Positions 1-7,910 of a stretch of DNA of 34,972 nucleotides are shown here, one piece after another (the first letter of the stretch is position 1; every line of letters starts with the position of its first letter). A program made the translations under genes and the position numbers. Source of the stretch: Candidatus Heimdallarchaeota archaeon (GTDB taxonomy: Archaea; Asgardarchaeota; Heimdallarchaeia; Heimdallarchaeales; Heimdallarchaeaceae); contig JABCTC010000036.1 in assembly GCA_018238545.1 (NCBI GenBank), positions 1-34,972 of the forward strand, written 5' to 3'. The notes under the pieces were generated by a model that ran no database searches, was not told the origin of the DNA, and saw only the letters and a list, made by a program, of their open reading frames with translations.

Positions 1-184
1 CCTCTTCTATAATACCTTTTGGCAAAACGTATTTTCCTGTTTTCGTAATTTTATTAACTTTTTTATCAAAACAAAAAACCCGCACTATTCTATCTTCTAT
101 GCAAATAGCGCTTATAGTAAATTCAGGAACCAATAACTTCTGCCAATCTTTTAATGAATACTTAAGATTTATTTTCGCTTTCAT
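1..184 (-). CDS. Partial (runs off window) PilM-like type IV pilus assembly protein N-terminus, probably bacterial (CPR-like)
   Basis: Not in the ORF track. ATG at 184 reads MKAKINLKYSLKDWQKLLVPEFTISAICIEDRIVRVFCFDKKVNKITKTGKYVLPKGIIEE, open to position 1. Resembles the PilM start (xGLDIxDxxIKxxxL...LPxGxIxxG). TATAAT at 198-193, just upstream of the ATG. Confidence 0.5.
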   Translation of the reverse strand, partial: MKAKINLKYSLKDWQKLLVPEFTISAICIEDRIVRVFCFDKKVNKITKTGKYVLPKGIIEE

Positions 185-274
185 ACTTTTTTATTATAAC
201 AACCTCTCGCTTCGCTTAAGAACGTTTCAATTGAAATGTAGCCATTTCAATTATAACATCCGAAAAACAGTAAA

Positions 275-298
275 ACAATCCGCCAATTGGCGGATTGT
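275..298. repeat. Perfect 24-bp palindrome ACAATCCGCCAATTGGCGGATTGT
   Basis: Directly visible; GC-rich core in an AT-rich intergenic gap. Confidence 0.85.
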
Positions 299-328
299 AT
301 ACTGAATACTCAATACAAAATACAGACT

Positions 329-1978
329 TTATTCTTCTAGCGCTGGTAAAGTCGGTTGAGAAGTAGTTTGAATATAATTAACTACTTGACTATCATCTCC
401 CAATTTAGATATCCAAACAACATTTTCTCTATTTATTTCCATTTTATCTTTTGGACCAAATACGGTATTAGTAAACTTCATTAGATTAAAGCCACCTTGT
501 TCTTCATCTATATTTCTTTGTAAATACCAAACATCAGAAAGAGTTACAGAAGAGACATAATTAGGACTCTGAGTTGCCAACCTCCAAGTTCCTGCACTCG
601 TATTTGTTACTATATAATTAATATAATAATCCGTGAGTTTTTCTGACGTGAAAGCTGATGTTTCATTATAATACCAGCTAAAGGTACCGGACCAGTCCAA
701 TGGTATTGAAACTGTCATAGTCCTGTTTGTTAAAGTGTAAAGCGTTAAAACTTCAGATGATGTCCACGTTAAGTTCCAATCCACAGTCATCTCATAGAAT
801 GATGAGTTTAAGGCAGAAAATGTGGAAGAGGCCACATATAGATCTGAGAGATAATAATCATTAATAAAATCAATATCGATAGATGTATTTGATGTTAATT
901 TATGCTCACCGACAAAAGGCACTGTCAAGCTTGAAATAGAATTACTAATAGAGACGCCATTGTCTTTTAAATCAATTTCATCTGGAGATGCAAAAGTTAG
1001 AGGATCATAGCTGATGTCAACTGGATACAATTCAGGTGCAAGTAGAAAATCAAATGAAGTTAAGGTATTCCAAGTTATTGAACCTTCAAGATTGTTTGAA
1101 CTACTGTAAGCTGTATTGGTATAAGGTGCAGAATCATTTCCAAACCATATAACATGAGGATGACCATTATTTGTACTAATAGTTAAGTTTACCAAAATAA
1201 AATAATCCCCTTTTGTAAGAGTAACATCGCTGAAATCATAAACTGGCAGATCTGGATGAACTGAGGTTGGAATATTTTGTGGAGTATATGGTCCAGATTG
1301 TGATAGAACTGTAGTTGCATTAGGTTTACCATCGGAACCTGCAGGAACCAGACTGAGTTCTAGTTGGTCATCGGATATACCTATACCATTTTTTAAGAGG
1401 TAGATTTTTGCGCTTGTAAAATTAGCATAATCCCAAGGAACAGTAAAACCTTGTGCAAATAATCTTGCTGTAAGATTGTAAAGTGTGAGATAAAGAGTTT
1501 GATCTGAATGGACTTCAACTGAGTAATAATCTTGTACGGCTGTTATACTGGTAATATTTGTTTGAGCAGAATCTTGAGTATATCCTAAGTCAGCTGTAGT
1601 ATAATAATCACCTATGAAATCTGTGGTTTCTAATGATGTTTGATTAAATTTGAGACTTTTGGAGTATGATTCAGTGTATTGGAAATTATCAATTATATTG
1701 AAATTGTCACCAGAATTTGATGTAGAATCAATAGGGAAATAAGGAGATCCTATTTCTTCTGGTCTAACATCAGTTCTGACAGATGAATCACTGATTGTTA
1801 TAGTTGTTACAATATTCGCGTTACTATTTAACCCATGATTTGCGTTCATACGGTTCATAGAGCTTCCAACAAGATATGCTTGGGAGATAGGTGTTAACAT
1901 TGCTATGATGAAAAGAGTAAATGTAATTTGATAATAAGACAATTTTCTTAACTTTCTTACAATAAGTGGGAGCTTCAT
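329..1978 (-). CDS. Secreted/surface Ser/Thr/Asn-rich protein; last ~68 aa probably from an unrelated (CPR-like) gene
   Basis: Basic N-terminus plus hydrophobic signal (ITFTLFIIAMLTPISQA), many N-x-S/T sequons, GTWRLATQSPNY motif; the sequence character changes abruptly at TLSDVWYLQ. Confidence 0.7.
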   Translation of the reverse strand: MKLPLIVRKLRKLSYYQITFTLFIIAMLTPISQAYLVGSSMNRMNANHGLNSNANIVTTITISDSSVRTDVRPEEIGSPYFPIDSTSNSGDNFNIIDNFQYTESYSKSLKFNQTSLETTDFIGDYYTTADLGYTQDSAQTNITSITAVQDYYSVEVHSDQTLYLTLYNLTARLFAQGFTVPWDYANFTSAKIYLLKNGIGISDDQLELSLVPAGSDGKPNATTVLSQSGPYTPQNIPTSVHPDLPVYDFSDVTLTKGDYFILVNLTISTNNGHPHVIWFGNDSAPYTNTAYSSSNNLEGSITWNTLTSFDFLLAPELYPVDISYDPLTFASPDEIDLKDNGVSISNSISSLTVPFVGEHKLTSNTSIDIDFINDYYLSDLYVASSTFSALNSSFYEMTVDWNLTWTSSEVLTLYTLTNRTMTVSIPLDWSGTFSWYYNETSAFTSEKLTDYYINYIVTNTSAGTWRLATQSPNYVSSVTLSDVWYLQRNIDEEQGGFNLMKFTNTVFGPKDKMEINRENVVWISKLGDDSQVVNYIQTTSQPTLPALEE

Positions 1979-2052
1979 TAATTATCTCTTACAATAGTGT
2001 CTTAAATATTCTTCGTCAAAGGCTGTACAAAAATGCTTAGGAAATTCAACTT

Positions 2053-3576
2053 TTAATTACCGGGGAATATGCCTAGAATTCTTCTAAAGCCTGAAGGGAC
2101 AAGAATCTCTGAAACAACTATGGCACCTTCAGTGGAGATGTCTATTAGATTGAAACTGTTCTCAATTGAAGCTGTTTTTTGCGATGAAATAGTATTACAG
2201 TTAACAAAAGCAGTTTTTTCCACACGGGTACAAAAAGCCTTTCCAAGATGACCAGAAAGAACTAGATTAACTTCTGTATCAGTAAGCATACGCAATACAT
2301 CTCCTGCATCCTCTAAAGCAGAGGTTTCTATTGTATTTGGTATAGGTATCAAATGGTGATGCATCACAATAGTATGGAATTTATCTTTTGTTTGCATTTT
2401 AGTATGATAGACATATCTTACAAGTCTATTTTGTGTAGTTCTACCTACAACACCTATCTCTGTTTCTGGTGCAGAAGTATTCAGCACATAGAAACTTGAT
2501 TCATCTTTTTCAATAGTGTTTTCTGTGTCAAAATGTTTGTGTAACAGAGTTTCTCCATATCCTCGTAAATCGTTTGGTCCAGGGCAGAAAATTAATTTGT
2601 TTGAATAAGGAGTGAATGCTTGAACAGCAGCTTCATAGTCTGCTGATCTTCCCCTTTCAGTCAGATTTCCACAGTGGATAATTACATCCGGATTTGTTGA
2701 TTCAACAAGTGCCATGCCTTTCTTAAATAATTCTGACTGGTTATTGTTGGATGCACCAAAATCAGTACCAGAGAGCTGAGCCATTCTGAGCCATTTACCT
2801 CCAGTTGAATTAACCATGCGAAAGCGTCTAGTTATGGTTTTTAACTCTGTTCTAATCTCTTCTCCTGTTGTATTTTGGATTCTTACCTTGATATCTTTTT
2901 CTGGGGTAATTTCTACATAGTTAAACGAGCGTTTACCTCCGCTGCGAGTTTTATAACTTGAAACACTTCCTGCAACTATGATAATAGTATCCTCAACTTT
3001 GTAAACATTAGGATGATGTTTATGTCCTGTAAATACCGCGTCAATTCCATTATCAAGGAGAATTGAAAGCATGTTTCCTGCATCTACTGCATTTGATCTT
3101 TCTCTACCAGTTTTAGGAATTGGTAATAAATGATGATGAAATCCAACTAGTTTTAGTTTTGCCTCACTGTATTTTGATAAAATCTTCTTTGTGTAATCTA
3201 GGGCTTCTCTACCAAAACGACCATCATCTCTATCAGGGATACAAGAATCTAATCCAATAAACAATATATCATCAGTAAAATCATGAAACTCTCTTGGTCC
3301 TATCATCTTTTCCCAAACTTCGAATCCTCCACTTCTGCTATCATGATTTCCAATAATCCAGTACACTCTTGGAGAGATAATTTTCTTCCTCATCTTACTC
3401 GCTAATTCATATTCTTCAGCTAAACCATCTTGAGTTAAGTCCCCTGAAAAAATAGCGAAATCATGTGGAGTAGAATTTATCGCATTAACAGTATTATTGA
3501 AATCCTGAACCATGAATTGTGGTCTAGGAGTTATGTGTGTATCACTGAAGTGAATTATTTTGATAGGTTCATCCAT
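2053..3576 (-). CDS. Tandem calcineurin-like metallophosphoesterase (CpdA/Icc-like); second domain degenerate
   Basis: Domain 1: SDTH, GDLT, GNHD, HHH, GHKH. Domain 2: SGTD, GNLT, GPND, HHH, GHLG. Confidence 0.85.
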   Translation of the reverse strand: MDEPIKIIHFSDTHITPRPQFMVQDFNNTVNAINSTPHDFAIFSGDLTQDGLAEEYELASKMRKKIISPRVYWIIGNHDSRSGGFEVWEKMIGPREFHDFTDDILFIGLDSCIPDRDDGRFGREALDYTKKILSKYSEAKLKLVGFHHHLLPIPKTGRERSNAVDAGNMLSILLDNGIDAVFTGHKHHPNVYKVEDTIIIVAGSVSSYKTRSGGKRSFNYVEITPEKDIKVRIQNTTGEEIRTELKTITRRFRMVNSTGGKWLRMAQLSGTDFGASNNNQSELFKKGMALVESTNPDVIIHCGNLTERGRSADYEAAVQAFTPYSNKLIFCPGPNDLRGYGETLLHKHFDTENTIEKDESSFYVLNTSAPETEIGVVGRTTQNRLVRYVYHTKMQTKDKFHTIVMHHHLIPIPNTIETSALEDAGDVLRMLTDTEVNLVLSGHLGKAFCTRVEKTAFVNCNTISSQKTASIENSFNLIDISTEGAIVVSEILVPSGFRRILGIFPGN

Positions 3577-3683
3577 TACGATACATAAAAAGTTTAACTA
3601 ATTATCTTTTCCGTTAGGGTTAACATTTATTTCATTGAGAACTTTCGAAATCTTTAACTTTGAAATAAACACTTACTGTATTA

Positions 3684-4067
3684 ATGACTTTACGAACATA
3701 TGAAATGGACGATCCTGTTTCAAGTGTAATGACAAAAGGAATATTGTACATAGATTCCAAAAAAACTTTAGATGAAGCAATACAGATAATGTCTGATTTT
3801 GATGTGGGGTCACTGGTTGTAGCTTCAAAAAATGATGCTGTAGGCATTCTTACTTGTAAGGACATAACTAAGATAATTGCAAAGGGAAAGGAACTTAAGA
3901 GCATCAAAGTAAAAGACATAATGCAAAGTCCTCTAATTAAAATATCTGGTTATGAAACAATTTCATCAGCTTTATTGAAAATGAAGGAACAAAAGATTAA
4001 CCACCTCATAGTTGTCGATGGAGATAAAATAATTGGAATGATTAATCCATTGAATCTTTTAATTTAG
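3684..4067 (+). CDS. Stand-alone CBS-pair (Bateman) protein
   Basis: Two CBS repeats (VSSVMTK...GSLVV...GILTCKD; VKDIMQSP...HLIVVD...IGMI). Confidence 0.9.
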   Translation: MTLRTYEMDDPVSSVMTKGILYIDSKKTLDEAIQIMSDFDVGSLVVASKNDAVGILTCKDITKIIAKGKELKSIKVKDIMQSPLIKISGYETISSALLKMKEQKINHLIVVDGDKIIGMINPLNLLI

Positions 4068-4116
4068 ATGTCAGTTTGTTATATTATTTCACAAGTAATT
4101 CAAGAGTAGAACCAAA

Positions 4117-5217
4117 TTGAGCAATCAAGAAGAAAACCTATCTGCAGAAGCTGTAAGAAGAAAGCAGAAGCTAAAAACAATACTTTCGACAATAGGTGAG
4201 GGACTACAGGAAATCTTCAAAGCTCATATTCTTGAAAAAACTGGAGAGAAAGTAAATCATATCTCCATAGACAATGTTTCTTCAATAGAGAAGGGCACTT
4301 CAAAGTCAACAGTTCATTTCGTCACATATTTTCTAAATTCTGACGTTGGAAAACATCTTGTAAACGTTGTCGTGAAATTTTCTTCAGATGAAATAAGGTT
4401 TGAAAAAGAAATTAGGAATCATTCAAAAATTGAAAATGTTTCTGAGATTTTTAGTGGTGTTCATGTGCCAAAGATACTCTATAAAAGCTCGCAAAACAGA
4501 TGTATAATCTATGAAGGCATTGATGGGTTGAGTTTTCGTGATGCGAAACTTGATTTGAAGGATAAGGATTTACTAGCTGGACAAGTTTTGGCAGCTATAC
4601 ATGGTATTGGAACTGGTAAATTAGAAGTAGATCCTTACAAAAAACTAGTCTTATACCTTCTTTCAGTTTTAGAGGACCCTCAATTGGAAGAAGAAATTCT
4701 GGACTTGATGTTACCGTATTTCAAAGCAATGGAAAAATCAAAGGGGGCAACAAGGATTCATGGAGACTACCACCAAGGAAATCTATTGCTTTCATCAGAG
4801 GATATAGAATTAGTACAAAAAGGGTCAGATATAACAAACACAAATGTGAAAGTGTATGTTATTGACCCCGAATTTATAATGGAAGGTAGGGACAGAAATG
4901 AGGATATTGGGACGTTTTTTGCTAAACCCTGTATAAAGGAATTTCAAAAAACAGGTAATATTGAAAACGCAAAGAGTAAAATCAAATCTTTTATTGATGG
5001 TTATAATAGGATTCTAAAGATGATAGGATCTAATCTATTATTAAGCGACATATATCCTTCAGGTTTAACTATAGACTTCCATATAGCAACTTATGTTCTT
5101 TATGACCTAGCAGATAAAATTCTAAGCAAGCAATTAACAACACATTCTGAAGAAATAAAGGATAAAGTGAAATTGTTGAAAATTATATTGAAAAAAAGAC
5201 CTTTTCAAAACGATTAG
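4117..5217 (+). CDS. Aminoglycoside/choline-kinase-like (APH family) phosphotransferase
   Basis: VVVK lysine, Brenner motif HGDYHQGNLL, metal-binding IDPE; TTG start. Confidence 0.75.
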   Translation: MSNQEENLSAEAVRRKQKLKTILSTIGEGLQEIFKAHILEKTGEKVNHISIDNVSSIEKGTSKSTVHFVTYFLNSDVGKHLVNVVVKFSSDEIRFEKEIRNHSKIENVSEIFSGVHVPKILYKSSQNRCIIYEGIDGLSFRDAKLDLKDKDLLAGQVLAAIHGIGTGKLEVDPYKKLVLYLLSVLEDPQLEEEILDLMLPYFKAMEKSKGATRIHGDYHQGNLLLSSEDIELVQKGSDITNTNVKVYVIDPEFIMEGRDRNEDIGTFFAKPCIKEFQKTGNIENAKSKIKSFIDGYNRILKMIGSNLLLSDIYPSGLTIDFHIATYVLYDLADKILSKQLTTHSEEIKDKVKLLKIILKKRPFQND

Positions 5218-5222
5218 AAAGT

Positions 5223-5681
5223 TTATTTAAGGAAAGCTTTGGATAAAGCCCATTTGGTTCTAATGAAGTTAAGAAGCTCAAAATAAAGTTTACTCTCTGA
5301 GGTTGAGATAAGTTCTAGACCACTTGTGCCTGGATTATAAGAAACTACAACAAAATAGTTTTCACCCTTATAAATTATCTCAACTAATGCTGTGATTCCT
5401 TCAATAACTGATAAATCGCCAAAAACAACAGTGACATTGTGTAGTGTATTGATAATTTCTAGCATGTCCCTACCAATAATCTGTTCTAAGATTACCATGT
5501 CAGATTTAAACTTTCCAATACCAGTAGCATCTTTGAAAATAGCCTCTAGTTCTGCTTTGTTGTCCTCTGAAACAAATTCAAACTCAATTTGAAGTGTCTG
5601 GACATTTCCTAGATAATTGATTCTTGTCAGTTGGTTAGCTAAATGGTAGATTTCAGGAGAACTTTCACTTGAATAACTCAC
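5223..5681 (-). CDS. Hypothetical protein
   Basis: 152-aa ORF filling the gap convergent to the kinase; natural composition; no motif recognised. Confidence 0.7.
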   Translation of the reverse strand: MSYSSESSPEIYHLANQLTRINYLGNVQTLQIEFEFVSEDNKAELEAIFKDATGIGKFKSDMVILEQIIGRDMLEIINTLHNVTVVFGDLSVIEGITALVEIIYKGENYFVVVSYNPGTSGLELISTSESKLYFELLNFIRTKWALSKAFLK

Positions 5682-5919
5682 TACTTAATCACTCTGGAAA
5701 ACAGATATGTGTTAATCATTATTAAATTTTCTACTAGTTTCACTACATATTAGATATGTATCTAAATAATATGAGAAAAATATCTAACCATATAAGTAAA
5801 ATTGGAATTTTGATATCGCGGATAGATTACCTAGGAATTATAGGGCAATGGCGGATGAATTTCTGAGATTGCTTTTATAAAGGTAATATATCCGTTAATA
5901 TGTAAGCAAGGGGATTTGC

Positions 5920-6135
5920 ATGACGGAAGAAGAAATACCAGTATCAGGAAAAAAACTTTTATCCATTTTGGAGAAAAAAGGACCATTAACTCAAAAACAA
6001 CTAATTAAAGCTTCTGCAATTCCTGCTAGAACAGCAAGATATGCATTAAGAAGGTTAATTGAATTAGGGTTAATTGTGAAACGAAGCAACCTAAACGACA
6101 TGAGATCAGTGTTTTACTTCATTGTAGACAACTGA
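5920..6135 (+). CDS. Small winged-helix (MarR/TrmB-like) DNA-binding protein
   Basis: KKLLSILEKKGPLTQKQLIKASAIPARTARYALRRLIELGLI wHTH pattern. Confidence 0.85.
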   Translation: MTEEEIPVSGKKLLSILEKKGPLTQKQLIKASAIPARTARYALRRLIELGLIVKRSNLNDMRSVFYFIVDN

Positions 6136-6143
6136 GGAGGTCG

Positions 6144-6193
6144 GTTTTCTACAGTTTGTAGAAAACAAAGCCCTTTTTTTCTTTTTTATTTTT
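6144..6193 (+). terminator. Hairpin GTTTTCTACA-gtt-TGTAGAAAAC followed by long T tracts
   Basis: 10-bp perfect stem at 6144-6166, 9 nt after the wHTH stop; T-rich run at about 6174-6193. Confidence 0.5.
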
Positions 6194-6249
6194 ACTAATT
6201 TCAGTTTCTTTACAGATAAACTTATTTTACTGAATACAAAATTATTCAC

Positions 6250-7203
6250 ATGAGTTTAGAAAAATGCGATTTAGCAATTATTGGTTCTGGTTTAACTGGT
6301 ATGTCTGCAGCTTTAGCAGCTTATAGCAGGGATCCTCGTCAAATCATTAAAATTTTTGGCATGCCTTTTGATTCAAACACTGCAAAAAAGGGAGAAATTG
6401 AAAACATACCGGGCATTAACAAGGTAGTTGGAGTAGATTATATTCAGCAAATAATTACGCAAATCGAGAATTTGAGCGCGGAATTTGCAAAAGAAGATGA
6501 ACCAAACAAGTTAGAATTCATAAATGAAGATGTAACAGCACTATCAAAAAATGAGACTCATTTTCAATTAATTACTGATTCAAGAAACATTGAAGCAAAA
6601 ACTGTCATTATCTCTACTGGTCTTCCTGAACTTAAAAATACAATTAAGGGAGAAGACGAATTTGTTCACAAAGGTGTCTCCCACTGTGCTGTCTGTGATG
6701 GTGCACTTTTCAGAGGGAGAAAAGTTGCTATTATTGGAGAAGGAAATTTTGTAGCAAGAGGAGCTTTGTTTCTTAGAAAGTATTGTCGAAAAGTTACAGT
6801 TATCTGTCAAAATTCCACCTTGGATTCAGATGATAGATTTATAAAAAAACTTTCAAAATCAGAAAGGGTATCATTCAAATTCAATATTGATTTGGAATCA
6901 GTAGAAATATTTGGATCACAAAATGTAGAAGGATTAAGATTTCAAGAAGATGGAGAAAGTAGAGAACTATCAATAAACGCTGTCTTTGTAGAATTGAAAG
7001 ATAAACCTGATTTAACATTTCTCAAAGATTTTGCACTTGATATCACCGAAAATGGATATATCATAAAAAGCGCAAAAAATACTACAAGTGTTGAAGGAAT
7101 TTTTGCAGCAGGTTCAATTAGTGGAGAGATGGATTATATTCCAATATTAATGGGCGATGGCTATGAAGCTGGTATATCTGCTACCGAATACTTGAAAAAA
7201 TAA
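6250..7203 (+). CDS. trxB: Thioredoxin reductase family FAD/NAD(P) disulfide oxidoreductase
   Basis: IIGSGLTG FAD motif, KGVSHCAVCDG redox CxxC, IIGEGN, TSVEGIFAAGS. Confidence 0.8.
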   Translation: MSLEKCDLAIIGSGLTGMSAALAAYSRDPRQIIKIFGMPFDSNTAKKGEIENIPGINKVVGVDYIQQIITQIENLSAEFAKEDEPNKLEFINEDVTALSKNETHFQLITDSRNIEAKTVIISTGLPELKNTIKGEDEFVHKGVSHCAVCDGALFRGRKVAIIGEGNFVARGALFLRKYCRKVTVICQNSTLDSDDRFIKKLSKSERVSFKFNIDLESVEIFGSQNVEGLRFQEDGESRELSINAVFVELKDKPDLTFLKDFALDITENGYIIKSAKNTTSVEGIFAAGSISGEMDYIPILMGDGYEAGISATEYLKK

Positions 7204-7258
7204 GATAATCCCAGACACTTTGGAATTATTTTTATATTTCATTTTACATCCTAAAGAT

Positions 7259-7909
7259 GTGAAGCTAGCATTTATTTTCGCACATCCAGATGACGAATCG
7301 CTTAGTACAGGTGGAACTATCGCCAAATACTCCTCTACGGGTCATATAGTTAGTACACTGTGTCTATCATCAACAGAAGCTAGAAAAACGGAATATTTAG
7401 CTGCTACAAAAACTTTGGGAGTCCAGGAACCAAAAATACTGGATTATTGCAATGTAGCAGATTTTGAGACAAAAATAAAAAAAGACATAATTAATTTTAT
7501 TCTTGAATTCCGCCCTGAAATTATTGTTACCCACCTACCAGAAGATTACCACATTGACCATAGAACAACATATCATGTTGTTAAGGAAGCGATAGAATGG
7601 GCTGCACATGAAACACAATATGATAATTCCCATCTAGTTTCAAAATTGTATGTAGCAGAAACAACCATCCTTATTCCTAATCCACATATTCTTGTTGATA
7701 TTTCTGCACATTATAGTGTTAAAGAGAAAGCTATCAAATGTTATTCATCACAGTTAAACAAAGGAGGAGAAGGATTCTATATTAAATTCCACAATTACAG
7801 AACGCTGATGAGAGGAACTCAAGCATCATCCGATTATGCAGAAGCTTATCTTGAGGTTCCTCTCAAGAAGAACAGTCCATTTTTCAGAACTAAACATTCG
7901 GAGCTTTGA
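7259..7909 (+). CDS. PIG-L/LmbE family N-acetylglucosaminyl deacetylase (BshB candidate)
   Basis: AHPDDE and HIDH Zn motifs, VDIS...K..AI.CYSSQ. GTG at 7259 preferred over TTG at 7220. Confidence 0.85.
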   Translation: MKLAFIFAHPDDESLSTGGTIAKYSSTGHIVSTLCLSSTEARKTEYLAATKTLGVQEPKILDYCNVADFETKIKKDIINFILEFRPEIIVTHLPEDYHIDHRTTYHVVKEAIEWAAHETQYDNSHLVSKLYVAETTILIPNPHILVDISAHYSVKEKAIKCYSSQLNKGGEGFYIKFHNYRTLMRGTQASSDYAEAYLEVPLKKNSPFFRTKHSEL

Positions 7910-7910
7910 T

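Noticed and set aside
1-40. YVLPKGIIEE read as the start of a NUDIX box
   Set aside because: The upstream pattern (ISAICIEDRIVRV) fits the PilM/actin-like first strand better; the sequence ends before the NUDIX motif could be tested.
99-305. 68-aa plus-strand ORF
   Set aside because: Antisense to the more convincing PilM-like frame and spans the palindrome; no recognisable motif.
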